Shown: one piece after another, positions 50,476 through 62,883 of the stretch
Layout of the letters: every line of letters starts with the position of its first letter
How positions within the stretch are numbered: position 1 is the first letter of the stretch
Assembly: GCA_963798085.1 (NCBI GenBank)
Contig: CAWCRS010000007.1
Span: 928,001 to 992,000 of the forward strand
Source of the DNA: an uncultured Gemmatimonadales bacterium
Lineage (GTDB): Bacteria; Gemmatimonadota; Gemmatimonadetes; Longimicrobiales; RSA9
DNA: 64,000 nt
Direction: 5' to 3'
Notes under the pieces: generated by a model
What the model was told of the DNA's origin: nothing
Seen by the model: the letters and a program-made list of their open reading frames with translations, nothing else
Database searches by the model: none
Translations under genes and position numbers: made by a program

Positions 50476-52584
50476 TCAGGGTGTACGCGAGGCCACATCC
50501 AGGCGGTAGGCGTTCTCGACGTACTCGCCCACCATGCGATCGGTATTGAAGTATGCGCAGACCTGCGAAATGGCGGCGCGCATGCGTTCCACCCAGCCGT
50601 GCGGGATGCCGCGCTCGTCGCGCGCGTAGAACAGGGGCACCACCTCGGTTTCCAGCAGTGTGTAGAGCGCATCCGCGTCGGCCTCATCGGTGGCGCCGTT
50701 GCCGGTACCTGGGTCAATTACCCAGCCGATGGGCGCGGTCAGGTTGTTGTGCGCTTCCCACGCCTCTGCCCACCAGCCATCCGCAATGCTCAGGTTCAAT
50801 CCCCCGTTCGCGGCGGCCTTCATGCCACTGGTGCCGCTGGCTTCGAGCGGCCGGCGAGGCACGTTGAGCCAGACATCGGAGCCCTGCACGAGGTGGCGCG
50901 CCAGCTCGACGTCGTAGTTCTCCACGAACAGAATGCGGCTCAGGAACTCCGGCCGGTGGCTTGCCGCGAACACATCGTGCAGGAACTGCTTGCCGCCGTC
51001 GTCGCGCGGGTGCGCCTTGCCCGCAAAGATGATCTGCACGGGCCGGCCCTCGCCGTTCAGGATGCGCGCCAGGCGAGGCAGATCGGATAACAGGAGTGTT
51101 GCGCGCTTGTAGGTCGCGAAGCGCCGCGCGAACGTGATGGTCAGCGCGGACGGATCCAGCAGCAACGCCTCCTCGCCCGCCAGGCCGCGCGCTCTCGACT
51201 GCGTCAGCAGCGCCGCGCGCAGGCGATCGATCAGGTAGCCGCGCTGATCCTGGCGCGCGGCCCAGAGCCGCTCCACCGGGATGGTGGCGGCGCGTGACCA
51301 GCTGACGGCGCCGCTGCGCACGCGCCAGTCCCTGGCGATGACATCGCTGTAGACACGCGCCAGGCGCGAGCCCACCCAGCTGGGCAGGTGCACGCCGTTG
51401 GTGACGTGGCCGATCGGTGTCTCCGCTACGGTCGGCGCCTGGAACAGCGTCTGCCACATGGTGCGGCTGATTTCGCCGTGCCGTTCGCTCACACCATTGC
51501 TGGCGCGCGCACCGCGCAGTGCCAGCGCCGTCATGCAGAACTGGCCCGAGCGGTACGGGTCGCGGGTCAGGCCCAGCGCATAGAAGTCGCGCCAGCTGAT
51601 GCCCGCGGCCTCTACATGGGCGCGGAAGTAGCGCTCCATCAGGTCTGCCGGAAAGTAATCGTGCCCCGCCTCGACGGGCGTGTGCGTGGTGAAGACGATC
51701 TGATCGGCGGCGGCCGCCAGTGCGCGGTCGAATTGACCGGCGCCGCGCATCGCCTGTCGCAGACGTTCGAAGACTGCGAACGCCGCGTGACCCTCGTTCA
51801 GATGCAGGGTTTCGATGGGATGACCCAGCGCTTCCAGCGCGCGCACGCCACCCACGCCCAGCACCAGCTCCTGCTTCAGCCGGTGCTCCAGATCGCCGCC
51901 GTACAACCGGTCCGTGATGTGCCGGTCTTCCGTGGTATTGCTGTCGACGTCCGTGTCCAGCAGATAGAGCGGCACCGCGCCCACGTCCGCGCGCCACACG
52001 CGCACACCCACCATGCGACCGGGGAACTCGACTGTCAGCAGAAGGGGTCCGCCGTCGGCGCCAGCCACGGGTCGCAGCGGCAGCATCGAGGGTTCGAGGT
52101 GTCGATACATCTCGTGCTGCCAGCCCTGCGCATCCACGCGCTGCGTGAAGTAGCCGTCACGATACATCAGACCGACGCCTGCCAGCGGCACGCCCAGATC
52201 GCTCGCCGATTTGAGATGATCGCCGGCCAGCACGCCGAGCCCGCCCGAGAACACGCGAATGCAATCCGTGATCGCGAACTCGGCCGAGAAGTAGCCGATG
52301 CGCCTCGGCTCCGCGCCCGGCCTGGCAGCCAGATAGCCTGCGAGTTCGCGGGCCGCCGCCTGCACTCGTTCCACGTAGCCGGCATCATTGGCGGCCTGGC
52401 GCAGCCGCTGCGGCGAGAGGTCGCTCAGCAGGCGCACCGGATTGTGATGCGAATGCGCCCAGGCATCATGATCCAGCCAGCGGAAGAGGGACCACGTCTC
52501 GCGCCACCACGTCCAGCGCAGATTGTAGGCGAGGATTTCGAGGGCTTCCAGCGGCTGTGGAAGCAGCAGCGATGTTGTGGGCAT
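50476..52584 (-). CDS. glgP: alpha-glucan (glycogen/maltodextrin) phosphorylase
   Basis: SGGLGVLAGDHLK, NEGH, TTHTP, FARRFATYKR, GKAHP, EASGTSGMK PLP-Lys motif. Confidence 0.95.
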   Translation of the reverse strand: MPTTSLLLPQPLEALEILAYNLRWTWWRETWSLFRWLDHDAWAHSHHNPVRLLSDLSPQRLRQAANDAGYVERVQAAARELAGYLAARPGAEPRRIGYFSAEFAITDCIRVFSGGLGVLAGDHLKSASDLGVPLAGVGLMYRDGYFTQRVDAQGWQHEMYRHLEPSMLPLRPVAGADGGPLLLTVEFPGRMVGVRVWRADVGAVPLYLLDTDVDSNTTEDRHITDRLYGGDLEHRLKQELVLGVGGVRALEALGHPIETLHLNEGHAAFAVFERLRQAMRGAGQFDRALAAAADQIVFTTHTPVEAGHDYFPADLMERYFRAHVEAAGISWRDFYALGLTRDPYRSGQFCMTALALRGARASNGVSERHGEISRTMWQTLFQAPTVAETPIGHVTNGVHLPSWVGSRLARVYSDVIARDWRVRSGAVSWSRAATIPVERLWAARQDQRGYLIDRLRAALLTQSRARGLAGEEALLLDPSALTITFARRFATYKRATLLLSDLPRLARILNGEGRPVQIIFAGKAHPRDDGGKQFLHDVFAASHRPEFLSRILFVENYDVELARHLVQGSDVWLNVPRRPLEASGTSGMKAAANGGLNLSIADGWWAEAWEAHNNLTAPIGWVIDPGTGNGATDEADADALYTLLETEVVPLFYARDERGIPHGWVERMRAAISQVCAYFNTDRMVGEYVENAYRLDVASRTP

Positions 52585-52666
52585 CCTGTCCCTGTCAGAG
52601 ATACGCGACGGTGGGTCAGTGGTCACGCGGTGTTCTTTCGAATCCCGTGCAAGCGGCCGGGCCCTG

Positions 52667-53362
52667 TCAGGCGCCGGACGTGCCTTCCAGTTCGCCGGCC
52701 GGCGGCGCGTCGTGCGCTTGCGCCGGCCGTGCAGCGCCGTGTGCCAAGTGACGGGCCGCACGCCAGCGGCGCAACCCTGCAACTGTAATCGGCATAAGCA
52801 ACACCGGGCTGAAGAGCAGCGCCTCGACGATGGCGACTCCGAGGGCGTGAAAGCTGAAGAGGGTGTGGAAGAAAACCGTGGCGGTGGGCCCGAACTGCAA
52901 ATCGACGAAATGAATGAGCCAGGCGGGGAGCGGCAGCGTGGTGGCGACGTAGACGTTGCTCACGGGCCACCAGAGGCGCATGCCCGAATTGCCGATCATG
53001 TCCGGCGACAGCAGATCCAGCACGATGTGCGAGAACCAGACGGCCAGCGTGAAGAGGTACCAGAACCCGAACGAGCGTTCGTCGCCTGCCATCCGTGGCT
53101 GGTCACGGGACCGCGCGCGAAACACCAGGGTGATCACGAGTGCCAGCGGCAACGAAAACAGGAGCGCGCCAGCCAGCGAATGCGTGGGACCGCGATGGTA
53201 ACGGCCGGCGTCACCCACGAAGATGCCGGGAATGAAGTCGAGGTCGGGCAGCCAGGAGATCGCGATGGCCAGCGCGGTCAGGCGCCAGCGCTCAGTCCTG
53301 CTCGACCGGATCGTGGCCGCCACGGCATACCCGGCAACGCCGTGAGCCAGAGGTGTTGGCAT
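52667..53362 (-). CDS. membrane-bound metal-dependent hydrolase (YdjM-like)
   Basis: MPTPLAH, LPDLD, HRGPTHSL, SHIVLD motifs. Confidence 0.85.
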   Translation of the reverse strand: MPTPLAHGVAGYAVAATIRSSRTERWRLTALAIAISWLPDLDFIPGIFVGDAGRYHRGPTHSLAGALLFSLPLALVITLVFRARSRDQPRMAGDERSFGFWYLFTLAVWFSHIVLDLLSPDMIGNSGMRLWWPVSNVYVATTLPLPAWLIHFVDLQFGPTATVFFHTLFSFHALGVAIVEALLFSPVLLMPITVAGLRRWRAARHLAHGAARPAQAHDAPPAGELEGTSGA

Positions 53363-53429
53363 TCTGTTCTGCTGCCTTTCAGGTGGTCCAGTATAACCCG
53401 ATGGCCGGTCTCCGATCCGCAGAAAGCAG

Positions 53430-53466
53430 GACACCCCGTGTCCGGGCAAGCCGGGCACGGGGTGTC
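53430..53466 (-). terminator. terminator after the RND operon
   Basis: GACACCCCGTG..CCGG/CCGG..CACGGGGTGTC stem, followed on the minus strand by CTGCTTTCT. Confidence 0.65.
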
Positions 53467-53489
53467 GCTGGCGACCGGAAGTCGCGCGC

Positions 53490-56400
53490 TCAGTAGGCTG
53501 GCGCAGCGCCCACCACCGACGGTGCTGCCGTGACGGGCTGCATGGCCGCCACGCGCTTACGCTCCGCGCGCCGCTCGAGCATCAGGTACAGCGCCGGCGT
53601 GACGGTGAGCACCAGCAGTCGTGGAGCTGGAGAGGCCGCCCACCAGTGCGTACGTCAGCGCGTTCCAGATGTTCTGGTTCACGTCCTTGCTGAACAGCAC
53701 CAGTGGCAGCAGACCGAGAATCGTCGTCATGGTCGTCATCAGAATCGGGCGCACGCGTTCGATGGTGCCGCGGATCAGACGTCCTGCAGCGAGAGATCCT
53801 TCACGGCGGCGCAGCTGGTTCACGTGATCGACGAGCAGAATCGAGTTGTTGACCACGATACCCGACATCATGATGACGCCAACGTACGCCTCGCGCGTGA
53901 AGTTGGCGCCCGTGTAGAAGAAGATCAGGAAGACGCCGATCAGCGCCATGGGCACGGTGAGCAGCACGCAGAACGGCTGCTTGATGGATTCGAACAGCGC
54001 AGCGGTCACCATGAAGATCAGCACGATGGCGATCGCAATGACGCCCCAGATCTGCGCCCGCTCCTCGGTGGACCAGGTCCACAGCTGCCGGTCCTTGATG
54101 GTGTAGCCGGGTGGCAGTGCCGTGGCTTTCACCACCGCGTCCTTGACGCGATCGCCGAGTTTGGTTGGCCCGCGGAACTCGTAGCTCACAATGCGCTGGT
54201 ACTGCTGGTTCTCACGGATCACCTGATTCAGCACCTGGCGCTCGTGGATGTCGCGACGTCGCTCAGGCGCACACCTTCGCGCGCGGTGCGCTGTCGGGCA
54301 GCAGCAGGTCCTTCAGCCTGATCCACATCGATGTTGCGACTGCCCGACAGCTTCACCGACAGCTGCATCTCCTCGCCGCCGACGCGAACCTGGCTGTTCT
54401 GATTGCGCCCGCGGATGGCGGCGGCGACGTAGGCTACGATGTCGCGCGATGTGAGATCGTGCAGCGCCAGCCGCTTGCGATCGATGTCGACGACGATCTC
54501 CGTCGACCTTGTCGCGCTGGAAGAAATGGCCCGCAGAGTTGGTGTCGACATCGCGTATGCGTGAGAAGCGCTTGAGGCGCTCGCCAATGTCCTCCGCAAT
54601 CTTGCGCACCTCCTCGTAGTTGTAGCCCAGCATCGTCATCGCATAGTTGGGCGACGATCCGCCGCCGCCGCCGTAGAAGGACGGACCATAGCCGGTCACG
54701 CGCACATCCGTGCCGCCGAACAGCAGACTGTACTGCACCATCTGCTCCTTGATGGCCGGTGGCATGGCGGAGTACTGCAGTGAGTCAGGGAAGTAGACGT
54801 TGATGAGACCGACGGCGGCCTGGATCTGGCTGAAACGAAGTGATCCACTTCCGGCATGGCGTTCAGCCGGTCCTCGAAGAAGCGCGCCAGCTGGTCGGTG
54901 TCGCTCCAGCTCTTCGCCGCGCGGCTGCGAGATGTAGATCGTGATCCTGTCCTTCTGGTCGCCGAAACCGCCGCCCCAGCGGATGCCGCGGCTCACGTAC
55001 TTGTTGAACAGGTAATAGGACCCACCCAGCGCCATGCAGGCCAGCAGCACCGCCACCCATGGCCGCCGCAGCGACGCGCGGATCAGGCCGGCATAGAGAC
55101 GCACCACGAACACGCGACGCAGTGCGGGCGGGATGGCGGTGAGATGTGCGGGCGCCGGCACCGCATGGTCGGCATCAGTCGCCGCCGCAATCGGCTTGAT
55201 GCCCCCCAGCAGCCGTGCGCCCAGCGAGGGAATGAAGGAGAACGAGACCGCCATGCTCGCCACCAGCGCAATGCCCACTACGAGCGCCAGCGGCACGTAG
55301 TAGACGCGCAGCTCGCCCTGCAGATAAACGAAGGGAATGAGCGCCACCACCGTCGTGCCCGTGGACGCCAGGATCGCGAGCCACACCTCCGATGCGCCAC
55401 GCGTGGCCGCTTCCATCGCGGAATCGCCCGCGCGTCGTCGGCGGTACGTGTTCTCGTACACGACGATGGCGTTGTCCACCACCAGTCCGAAGCCCATGGC
55501 CAGTCCCATGAGCGTGAGCAGGTTCAGCGTGAACCCCGCGAAGTACATCACGTTCACTGTGATGAGGACGGAGAACGCGACGGTCGCGAATACCACGACG
55601 GCCGAGCGCACGGAGCGCATGAACAGCAGCAGCACCACGAGCACGATGGCGGCGGAGACCAGCGAGCGTGTGCGCAGGTCGGTGAGCTGCTTGCGAATGT
55701 CCTTGCTCTGGTCCGCATCGAGGAGGACCTTCACGCCGGATGGGTGCGAATGCTCCAGCTCGGCCAGCCGCTGTTTCACCCGGTCCGCGGTGGCCACGGC
55801 ATTGGAGCGCGGTGCGCGGTAGATCTCGAAAGCGACCGCGGGGAAGCCGTTGATCCGGTAATAGAAGAGAGGGTCCTCATAGGTCTCGAACACCCGACCC
55901 ACATCCTCGACACGCACCACGCGCCCATGGTCGACCATCACCGGCAGATGGCGGATGTCGTCCGCGGTTTCCGCGCGCTGCCGCATGGCCACCGTGCGCA
56001 GCAGGCCGCCTTCCGCGTGCACCGCGCCGGCCTCCTCGACGATCTCCATGCTGCTTACCCGATCCGACACCACCTGCGGCAACAGGCCGAGCGAGCGGAT
56101 CTTGTCTTCGCTCAGCTCGATCTCCAGAACGCGGTCGCGGCCGCCCTGTGCCACCATGTCGCCCACGCCCTCGATCTGGCGCAGCTGCGGGTCCAGTTCG
56201 TCCTCCACGTACTGGCGCAGATACTCCTGTGTGTAAGGGCCTGTCAGTGTGTAGCGCAGCAGCGGCTGGCGGGATTCCTGGAACTGGTCCGGCACGTAGG
56301 GCGTCACGCTGGTGCTGACGCCCGCGGGCAGCTTGCTCTTGAGGTTGGCAATGCGCTCGGACAGCTCCAGCCGCGCGAACTGCATGTCGGTCTCGAGGGC

Positions 56401-56680
56401 GAACTCGACCGCCACACTGGTCGTGTTCTCCTTCGACGTCGACGTCACCTTCTCCACGCCCCGCACCTGCTGCACTTCTTCCTCGATGGGCGACGCGACG
56501 AATGCCTCCATCACCTCGGGCGAAGCACCGATCCAGTTCGCGGTGATGCTGAGCCGGGGCAGATCGGTGTCGGGCAGCAGCTCGATGGGGATGTTGCGCC
56601 ACGGATGCGACTCCCAGCGCGGCAATGACCAGGTACGCCATGGTCACCGCGACCGGACGGCCGATGGCTAGGCGGATCAT
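53490..56680 (-). CDS. RND efflux permease (second subunit); several frameshifts
   Basis: MIRLAIGRPVAV, IELLP, GLVVDNAIVV, ALFES..QPF, GIVVNNSILLVD, RVRPILMTT; fragments in several frames, ending ...GAAPAY*. Confidence 0.85.
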
Positions 56681-59600
56681 CAGTCCCCCGATGCAGGTTC
56701 AGGCATGCTCGCAGGTGCGCCGTGCTCGCGGCTGCGGGCCTCGGCCGCAACCGGGCGGCCGAGTCGCGCCGCGATCCAGACGCCGGCGTCATCGAACATC
56801 TCGTAGACCACCGGGATCACTACCAGTGTGAGCGCGGTGGAGGCGAAGAGGCCCCAGAAGATGGCCACCGCGAGAGGCGCCTGCAGGCCGGCTCCTGCGC
56901 CGATACCCAGCATCATGGGCGCGACACCGAGCATGGTGGTCACCGACGTCATCAGAATGGGTCGCAGACGCGCGTGGCCCGCAGCCATGATGGCCTGGCG
57001 CGTGTTCATGCCTTCGCGCCGCATCTGATTGATGAAGTCGATCTTGACGACGGCGTCGTTGTCCACGATCCCGGCCAGGATCACGATGCCGATCAGGCTG
57101 ACCGTGTTGAGGCCCGAGCCGTGCAGCCACAGCCCGAAGGTGGCGCCAATCAGCGAGAGCGGCACGCACAGCAGAATCGTGAACGGGTGCAGGAACGACT
57201 CGAATTCCGCGGCCAGGATCATGTAGCACAGCAGCACGGCAAGGCTCAAGGCGAAGGCGAGGTCGCGGAAGCTCTGCCGCATCTCCTCGTTCTCGCCGGC
57301 GATCTCAATGCGCAGGCCGCGGGGCGGCGTCACATCGGAAAGCGAGGCGCGCACGGCGCGCACTGCCTGGTCCACATCACCCGTGCTGACATCCGCGTAG
57401 ACAGGCACGACACGACTCTGATCGACGCGCTCGATCTCTACCGGGCCCACGGACTCGCGCACATTGATCAGCTCGCGCAAGGGCACCGTGCCCACACGCA
57501 GCGTGTTCAGTGTCTCCAGCGAGCGGCGCTCCTCTTCGGGCAGGCGCACCACCACGTCGATCTTGCGGTCGAAGTCGGTGAAGCGTGTGGCGATCTTGCC
57601 CAGCATGCTGTTCTCGATCACCGTCTTCACCTGGTCCGCCGTCAGACCGAAGGCAGCCGCGCGGTCGCGGTCCACTTCGATCAGGTATTCCGGCTGACCC
57701 AGCTCCGTGCCGATGCGCACGTTGTTGATCTCGGGCACGCGCGCGAGCCTGCCCTGGATGGACTCGGCGTAGGTGAGCGCCGCACCCATGTCATCGCCCC
57801 GCACGCGCACCGCCAGATCGGACTGTCCGGCGCCCAGCAGTTTGCCCACCGCGGTGGCCTGCCCGGTCTCGACCGACACGGTTGCGCCCGGTACCCTGAG
57901 GTGCGGGCGCAGCCTCGCCACGACAGGCCGCGCACTGGTGTGACTCTTCGTGCGCACGTCGAGCGTCGCCGTATTGAGTCCGGTCTCTTCCTCCTCCACA
58001 CCCGCGATCGCCGTCTGTTTGCCGGCGCGCATGAATACGGCGTCCACGCCGGGATCGGCGCGCAGCAGGCTGTCCAGTCGCGATGGCTCCCGCCACCGTC
58101 AGGTCCAGCGGCGCGCCGCGCGGCAACTCGAGACGCACGCGGAATTCGCCCTGATCCACCTCCGGCAGCACGGAGCGCGGCAGGCGCAGCGCCAGCGGTA
58201 TGGTGAGAACGAGCGCGAGCGCGGAAAGGCCGATCGTGATCACGCGATGGAGCAGCGCCCACTCGAGTGCGTGTTCGTACGCAGCGGTAAAGCGCCCGAA
58301 GATGCGCTCGAACCAGTCGAGCATGGGTGTGAACATGGCGCTCACGGCGCGGCCGAATGCGCCCGGCGGCTTGTGTTCCCCGGCTGCGGCCGCGGCCAGC
58401 ACGGGCAGCAGCGTCACCGCCACACCAAGGCTGGCCAGCAGCGAGAAAGCCACGGCGAAGGAGAGCGCCGCGAACAGCTGTCCCGCCACGCCGTGCACGT
58501 ACACGATCGGCCCGAACACGGCAATGGTCGTCAGTGTGGAAGCCGTGATCGCACGTTGCACCTCCTCCGATCCGATCACGGCGGCCGCCTTCGCGGCCAG
58601 TCCCTTCTCGCGGTGCCGGAATATGTTCTCCAGCACCACAATGGAGTTGTCCACGAGCATGCCGGTGCCCAGAGCCAGCCCGCCCAGGCTCATGATGTTG
58701 AGCGACACGTGCGCGGCATCCAGCAGCGCGAATGTGACCACCACCGAGATGGGGATCGCCATCGAAATGGCGATGGGATAACGCGCATCGCGGAGGAAGA
58801 AGAAGAGCACGAGGAAGGAGAGCAGCCCGCCCAGCCACAGTTCCTGAATGAGATTCGAAATGGACATGTTGATGAAGCCGGCCTGGCTCATCGCCACGTC
58901 CACCGTGACGTTCGGATACTCCGACTTCAGCTCCTTGATGATCTTGTCGACATCGCGCGCCACGTTCACGGTATTGGCGCCGGACTCCTTGAAGACGAGC
59001 AGCCCGATGGCGGGCTTGCCGTTGTAGCGTGCTTCCGACTCGCGGTCGCGGAAGGCGTCCTGCACGGTGGCCACGTCGCCGACCACCACGCGGCCCGTGC
59101 CTGAACTGTCACTCGGCGGGCGTTGCGCGACGACGATGTTCGAGATCTGATCGACGCTCTGCAACTCGCCCAGCGTGCGCAGCGAATACTGGAATTGACC
59201 CTTGCGCACGCGTCCGCTGCCGCCGGCCGTGTTGGCTGCCGAGAGCGCATTCGAGAGCTGGTCGATGTTCAGGCCATAACTCTGGAGTTTGCGCTCGTCC
59301 ACATCGACGTGGATCTCGCGCTCGAGTCCGCCCGACAGTGCCGCCTGCGCCACGCCGTCGATCTGCTCGAGGCGCCGGCGGAACACATCATCGGACAGCT
59401 GCTGCAGTGTCCACAGATCGAAATCCGCGGACACGCTGAGCGCCATGATGGGCTCGCTGCGCGGGTCCTGGCGCAGCACCACGGGCCGGTCGGCCAGCTG
59501 CGGCAGGTGGTCGCGGATGGCATTCCGTCTTCTCGCGGACATTGAGCGCCGCGAAGTCCATGTCCGTGCCCCACGCGAAGCGGATGAAGACCAGCGATGT

Positions 59601-59861
59601 GCCTTCGCGGGACACGCTCTCCACGCGCTCCACGCCGGGCACACGACTGACCTGCGCCTCGAGGGGCTCCGTGACGAAGTGCTCGACCTCTGCCGGGCCG
59701 ACATTGGGATAGTTCGTGTAGACCACGAGCCGCGGATAGGCAATGTCGGGCAGCAGGTCTACCGGCAGACGCAGGAACGACAGTACGCCCAGGAACACCA
59801 CCGCGATGCTGAGCATCCACGTGGCGACGGGCCGACTGATGGCAAGCTTCGGTATCGACAT
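56680..59861 (-). CDS. RND efflux permease (first subunit); frameshifts near 59525 and 58080
   Basis: AISRPVAT, LPVDLLP, GMLVDNSIVVLENI, AEFESFLHPF, RLRPILMTS. Confidence 0.9.
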
Positions 59862-59864
59862 GGC

Positions 59865-61238
59865 TCAGTGCGCCAGCGGCGCGCCCAGGCGCTCCTCGAG
59901 GTTTACCCGCTGCGTAAGGAAGTTGAACCGCGCGATCACGGCCTGCTGCTGCGCATTCGCGTTTTCGTCCACCACCTGCTGCAGCTGGATGAACCCCATG
60001 TCCTGCGCGCCATTCCTGTAGCGCTCCTCGGCCAGCTCCAGGCGCTGCCCGGTCAGGCGCGCGATTTCCTCGTTCGCCGTCAAACCGCGGTACGCATCGA
60101 TCAGGTCGAGCAGAGCGGAGCGGACATCCGTCTCCACCTGTATGCGTGCGCTGCGCAGATCCTGCGCGGCATCCTCCTCGGCTGCCGCTGCCTGTGCAAT
60201 GCTGGCCGAAGTCTGGAAGCGTGTGAACAGCGGAAAGCTCACGTTCATGTTGAAACCGAAGCTGTGGTTCTGCGGATTGAGTTCACCCCACGCACCGTAC
60301 CCGCGCTCGGACGCGCTGCGACCGTAACTGACGCCGCCGCTGATGGTCGGCAGGCGAGCGCCCCGGGCACCCGATGCCTGCGCCTTCGTGGCCGCGTAGG
60401 CGGCCTGGCGCTGCAGTATGGTCGGGCTGGAACTCAATGCCTGCGCCACCAGCGCATCCGCGTTGAGCGTCGCGGACGGGTCGAATGCTTCCGGCAGGTC
60501 TCCGGTCAGCTCGAAGTCAGGACTGCCTGCGATGCCCAGCTGCTGCGCCAGCGACAGCTTCTGCTTGCGAGCGTCCTTCTCGAAGCCCGCCAGCTGCCGT
60601 TCTTCCCGTATAACACTCTGCTGCGCCCCCAGAAGATCGACCTGCGTCGAACTCGCGAGGCGAAAGCTCTGCTGCAGGCGGTCCAGCCGGTCACGGGCCG
60701 CGGCCAGCGTGCGGCGTTCCACTTCCTCCGTCCTCTCGGCCTGCGCGGCGAGGAAATACTGCCGTGCCACGCGCGCATCCAGAGACACCAGCTGGGAATG
60801 GACCGTCGCATCCACGGATCTCGCCTGGGCGCGGGAGGCGGCCATATCCCGGAACATCCGACCGCCATCGAACAGCGTAAAGTTCATGTTAGCGCCCTGC
60901 GACGCACCGCTGCTCTTCGTGGTAACGGCAACCGGCTGGCTGAGTGGTTGACCGAAGGGATCCACCGCCGTGTACGTCGTGCTGGACACGCCGTTGAAAC
61001 CCAGAGAGGTGTTGACGTTCGGCAGCAAGGCCGCCCAGCTGCGCCGCACCTGCGCGGCCGCCACGTCGGGATCATTCTGCACCTTGATGTAGTCCGGGTT
61101 GTTCTCGCGCGCGATGCGCAGCGCGTCGTCCAGCGTGAGCGTGCCCGGCATCTGCGCCGTCGTCGTCATCTTCTGCGCCTGCGCGAACGAGGCGATGGAC
61201 AGCAGCAGCGCGGCGACCAGAGAAACGCGGGTCTTCAT
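59865..61238 (-). CDS. TolC family outer membrane protein
   Basis: Signal peptide; LTLDDALRIARENNP; AALLP; EERYRNG; lies between the MFP and RND genes. Confidence 0.9.
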   Translation of the reverse strand: MKTRVSLVAALLLSIASFAQAQKMTTTAQMPGTLTLDDALRIARENNPDYIKVQNDPDVAAAQVRRSWAALLPNVNTSLGFNGVSSTTYTAVDPFGQPLSQPVAVTTKSSGASQGANMNFTLFDGGRMFRDMAASRAQARSVDATVHSQLVSLDARVARQYFLAAQAERTEEVERRTLAAARDRLDRLQQSFRLASSTQVDLLGAQQSVIREERQLAGFEKDARKQKLSLAQQLGIAGSPDFELTGDLPEAFDPSATLNADALVAQALSSSPTILQRQAAYAATKAQASGARGARLPTISGGVSYGRSASERGYGAWGELNPQNHSFGFNMNVSFPLFTRFQTSASIAQAAAAEEDAAQDLRSARIQVETDVRSALLDLIDAYRGLTANEEIARLTGQRLELAEERYRNGAQDMGFIQLQQVVDENANAQQQAVIARFNFLTQRVNLEERLGAPLAH

Positions 61239-61255
61239 CGGGGGCCTCCTTCCGC

Positions 61256-62452
61256 TCAGCGGGGCCGGCCGCCCTGAGCGGCCGCGTTTTCCGTCAGACG
61301 AATGCGGGCGCCATGCGTGAGCGTGTAGTGCCCGCTCACCAGCACGACCTCACCCGGCTCCACCATCTTGGTCTCGGGATTGGGCACGATCTCGACGTAC
61401 TGCGAGTTGCGCTGGCCCGTGGTCACGTAGCGCCACTCCGCCGTGCCTTCCGTCCCCTCGCCGTTGAACACGAAGAGCATGGTGCGGCGATCGACGTCGC
61501 GCTCCAGCACCGCCGAGATGGGCACCAGGATGCGATCCGAAAGGTGGCGCGCGTCCAGCGTGACGTTGGCGTACATGCCCGGCAGTACGCGCCCATCCTT
61601 GTTGGGCACGACGACGGTGACTTTCGCCTGACGCGTCGTCTGGTCCACCAGGGGATTGATCGTCTCGATCCTGCCGCGGAAGGTCTCGCCCGGAAACGCC
61701 GCAAACGTCAGCGTCGCGCCGCCGCCCGTGCGCAGCGAACCGATCTCGCTCTCCAGCACCTGCACTTCCACCTTGATCGGGTCGAGATCGAGGACCGTCA
61801 GCAGCTCCTCGCCCACACTCACCATCTGCGCCGGCACCACCTTCACGCTGGCCACGCGACCTGCGAACGGCGCTGTTATCACCGTGCGATCCAGGTCCAG
61901 CTGCGCCCGCTTGACCGCGACCTCTGCGCCGTCAATGCCCGCCTTGATGCGTGCCGCGCGCTCGCGGTCCGCCTTCACCTGCGGGTCCGCAATCTTGTCA
62001 TCGCCCAGCGTGATCTCGCGGAATTGCGCCTGGGCCTGAGCCAGCCGCGCATTCGCGTCGTCCAGTGCCAGCTGCTTTTCCGTGGTGTCAATGCGCACCA
62101 GCAACGCGCCGCCGCCAATCGCCGCGTTCTCGCGCACCGCCACCTCGTCCACACGCCCTGCCGTCTGCGCGCGAATCACGTTGCCCTGCCAGGCCGCTGC
62201 CTGACCGGATGCGCGCACCTCCAGGATCAGGTCGCCCTTGATGACCTGGGCACCTTCCACGGGAATGGGCAGATCCGTCGAGAACGTGGAGTCTGCCGAG
62301 TTCGCCGGCGCGGCTCCCTTGCTCGGTGAACTGGCGGACGAGGTCGCGCCCGCCGCCTTGTTGCCTTTGACTCGGAGGTAGATGCCGGTCCCGGCCGCCG
62401 CCAGGATGACGATGACAATGCCGCCAGTCAGGAATTTCCGGGGTGAGCTCAT
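61256..62452 (-). CDS. RND periplasmic adaptor (membrane fusion protein)
   Basis: N-terminal anchor; ITAPFAGRV; INPLVDQTTR; LPGMYA; VP.SAV. Confidence 0.92.
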   Translation of the reverse strand: MSSPRKFLTGGIVIVILAAAGTGIYLRVKGNKAAGATSSASSPSKGAAPANSADSTFSTDLPIPVEGAQVIKGDLILEVRASGQAAAWQGNVIRAQTAGRVDEVAVRENAAIGGGALLVRIDTTEKQLALDDANARLAQAQAQFREITLGDDKIADPQVKADRERAARIKAGIDGAEVAVKRAQLDLDRTVITAPFAGRVASVKVVPAQMVSVGEELLTVLDLDPIKVEVQVLESEIGSLRTGGGATLTFAAFPGETFRGRIETINPLVDQTTRQAKVTVVVPNKDGRVLPGMYANVTLDARHLSDRILVPISAVLERDVDRRTMLFVFNGEGTEGTAEWRYVTTGQRNSQYVEIVPNPETKMVEPGEVVLVSGHYTLTHGARIRLTENAAAQGGRPR

Positions 62453-62841
62453 TCGGCAATCCGGGCTGAGGTTGAACGGGCCGGGCCACCCTCACCGGTC
62501 CGCTGGACCGGGCGGCCTCGCCTGTTGCCGGGGTCGGTCATACGATCCCATTGCAACAGGCAGGGTTGCTCATGGCGAGCACGCAGTTCCGTGCAGGATG
62601 TCATGGGTAGTCGAGCCTTCGCCACGATTCGACTAAGATGCTAATAGTCTGGCCTCGCGGAAAGTACGAAATGGGCCAGCCACCTGCTTCAACGGGCCGC
62701 GCCGGGCATTCATCAGAGAGTCTGTTGTCGCGCCGAGCGTGAGACAGTACTGGATTTCCAGTCGTTGCGTTCCCTCGCCGGTGCGAGCGGGATCGGAAGT
62801 GGGATCGTGCGAGATCATACCGCCGTGACCCGGCGGGCGAG

Positions 62842-62870
62842 GTGGAGCCCGGCCGGGCGCCGGGCTCCAC
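62842..62870 (-). terminator. hairpin after the propeller gene
   Basis: GTGGAGCCCGG / CCGGGCTCCAC, 11-bp stem 14 bp past the stop codon. Confidence 0.55.
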
Positions 62871-62883
62871 GACATGCGCTGCC

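Noticed and set aside
2156..59861. Programmed frameshifting or mass pseudogenisation in the protease, nrfD, hypD, hypF and RND genes
   Set aside because: Scattered single-base indels with no shared slippery motif in well-conserved genes; long-read consensus error is the simpler explanation
14007..61277. Long antisense or alternative-frame ORFs (e.g. 14007-16148, 24843-27713, 42566-44482, 59289-61277)
   Set aside because: Shadow ORFs of real genes caused by high-GC codon bias; no recognisable motifs
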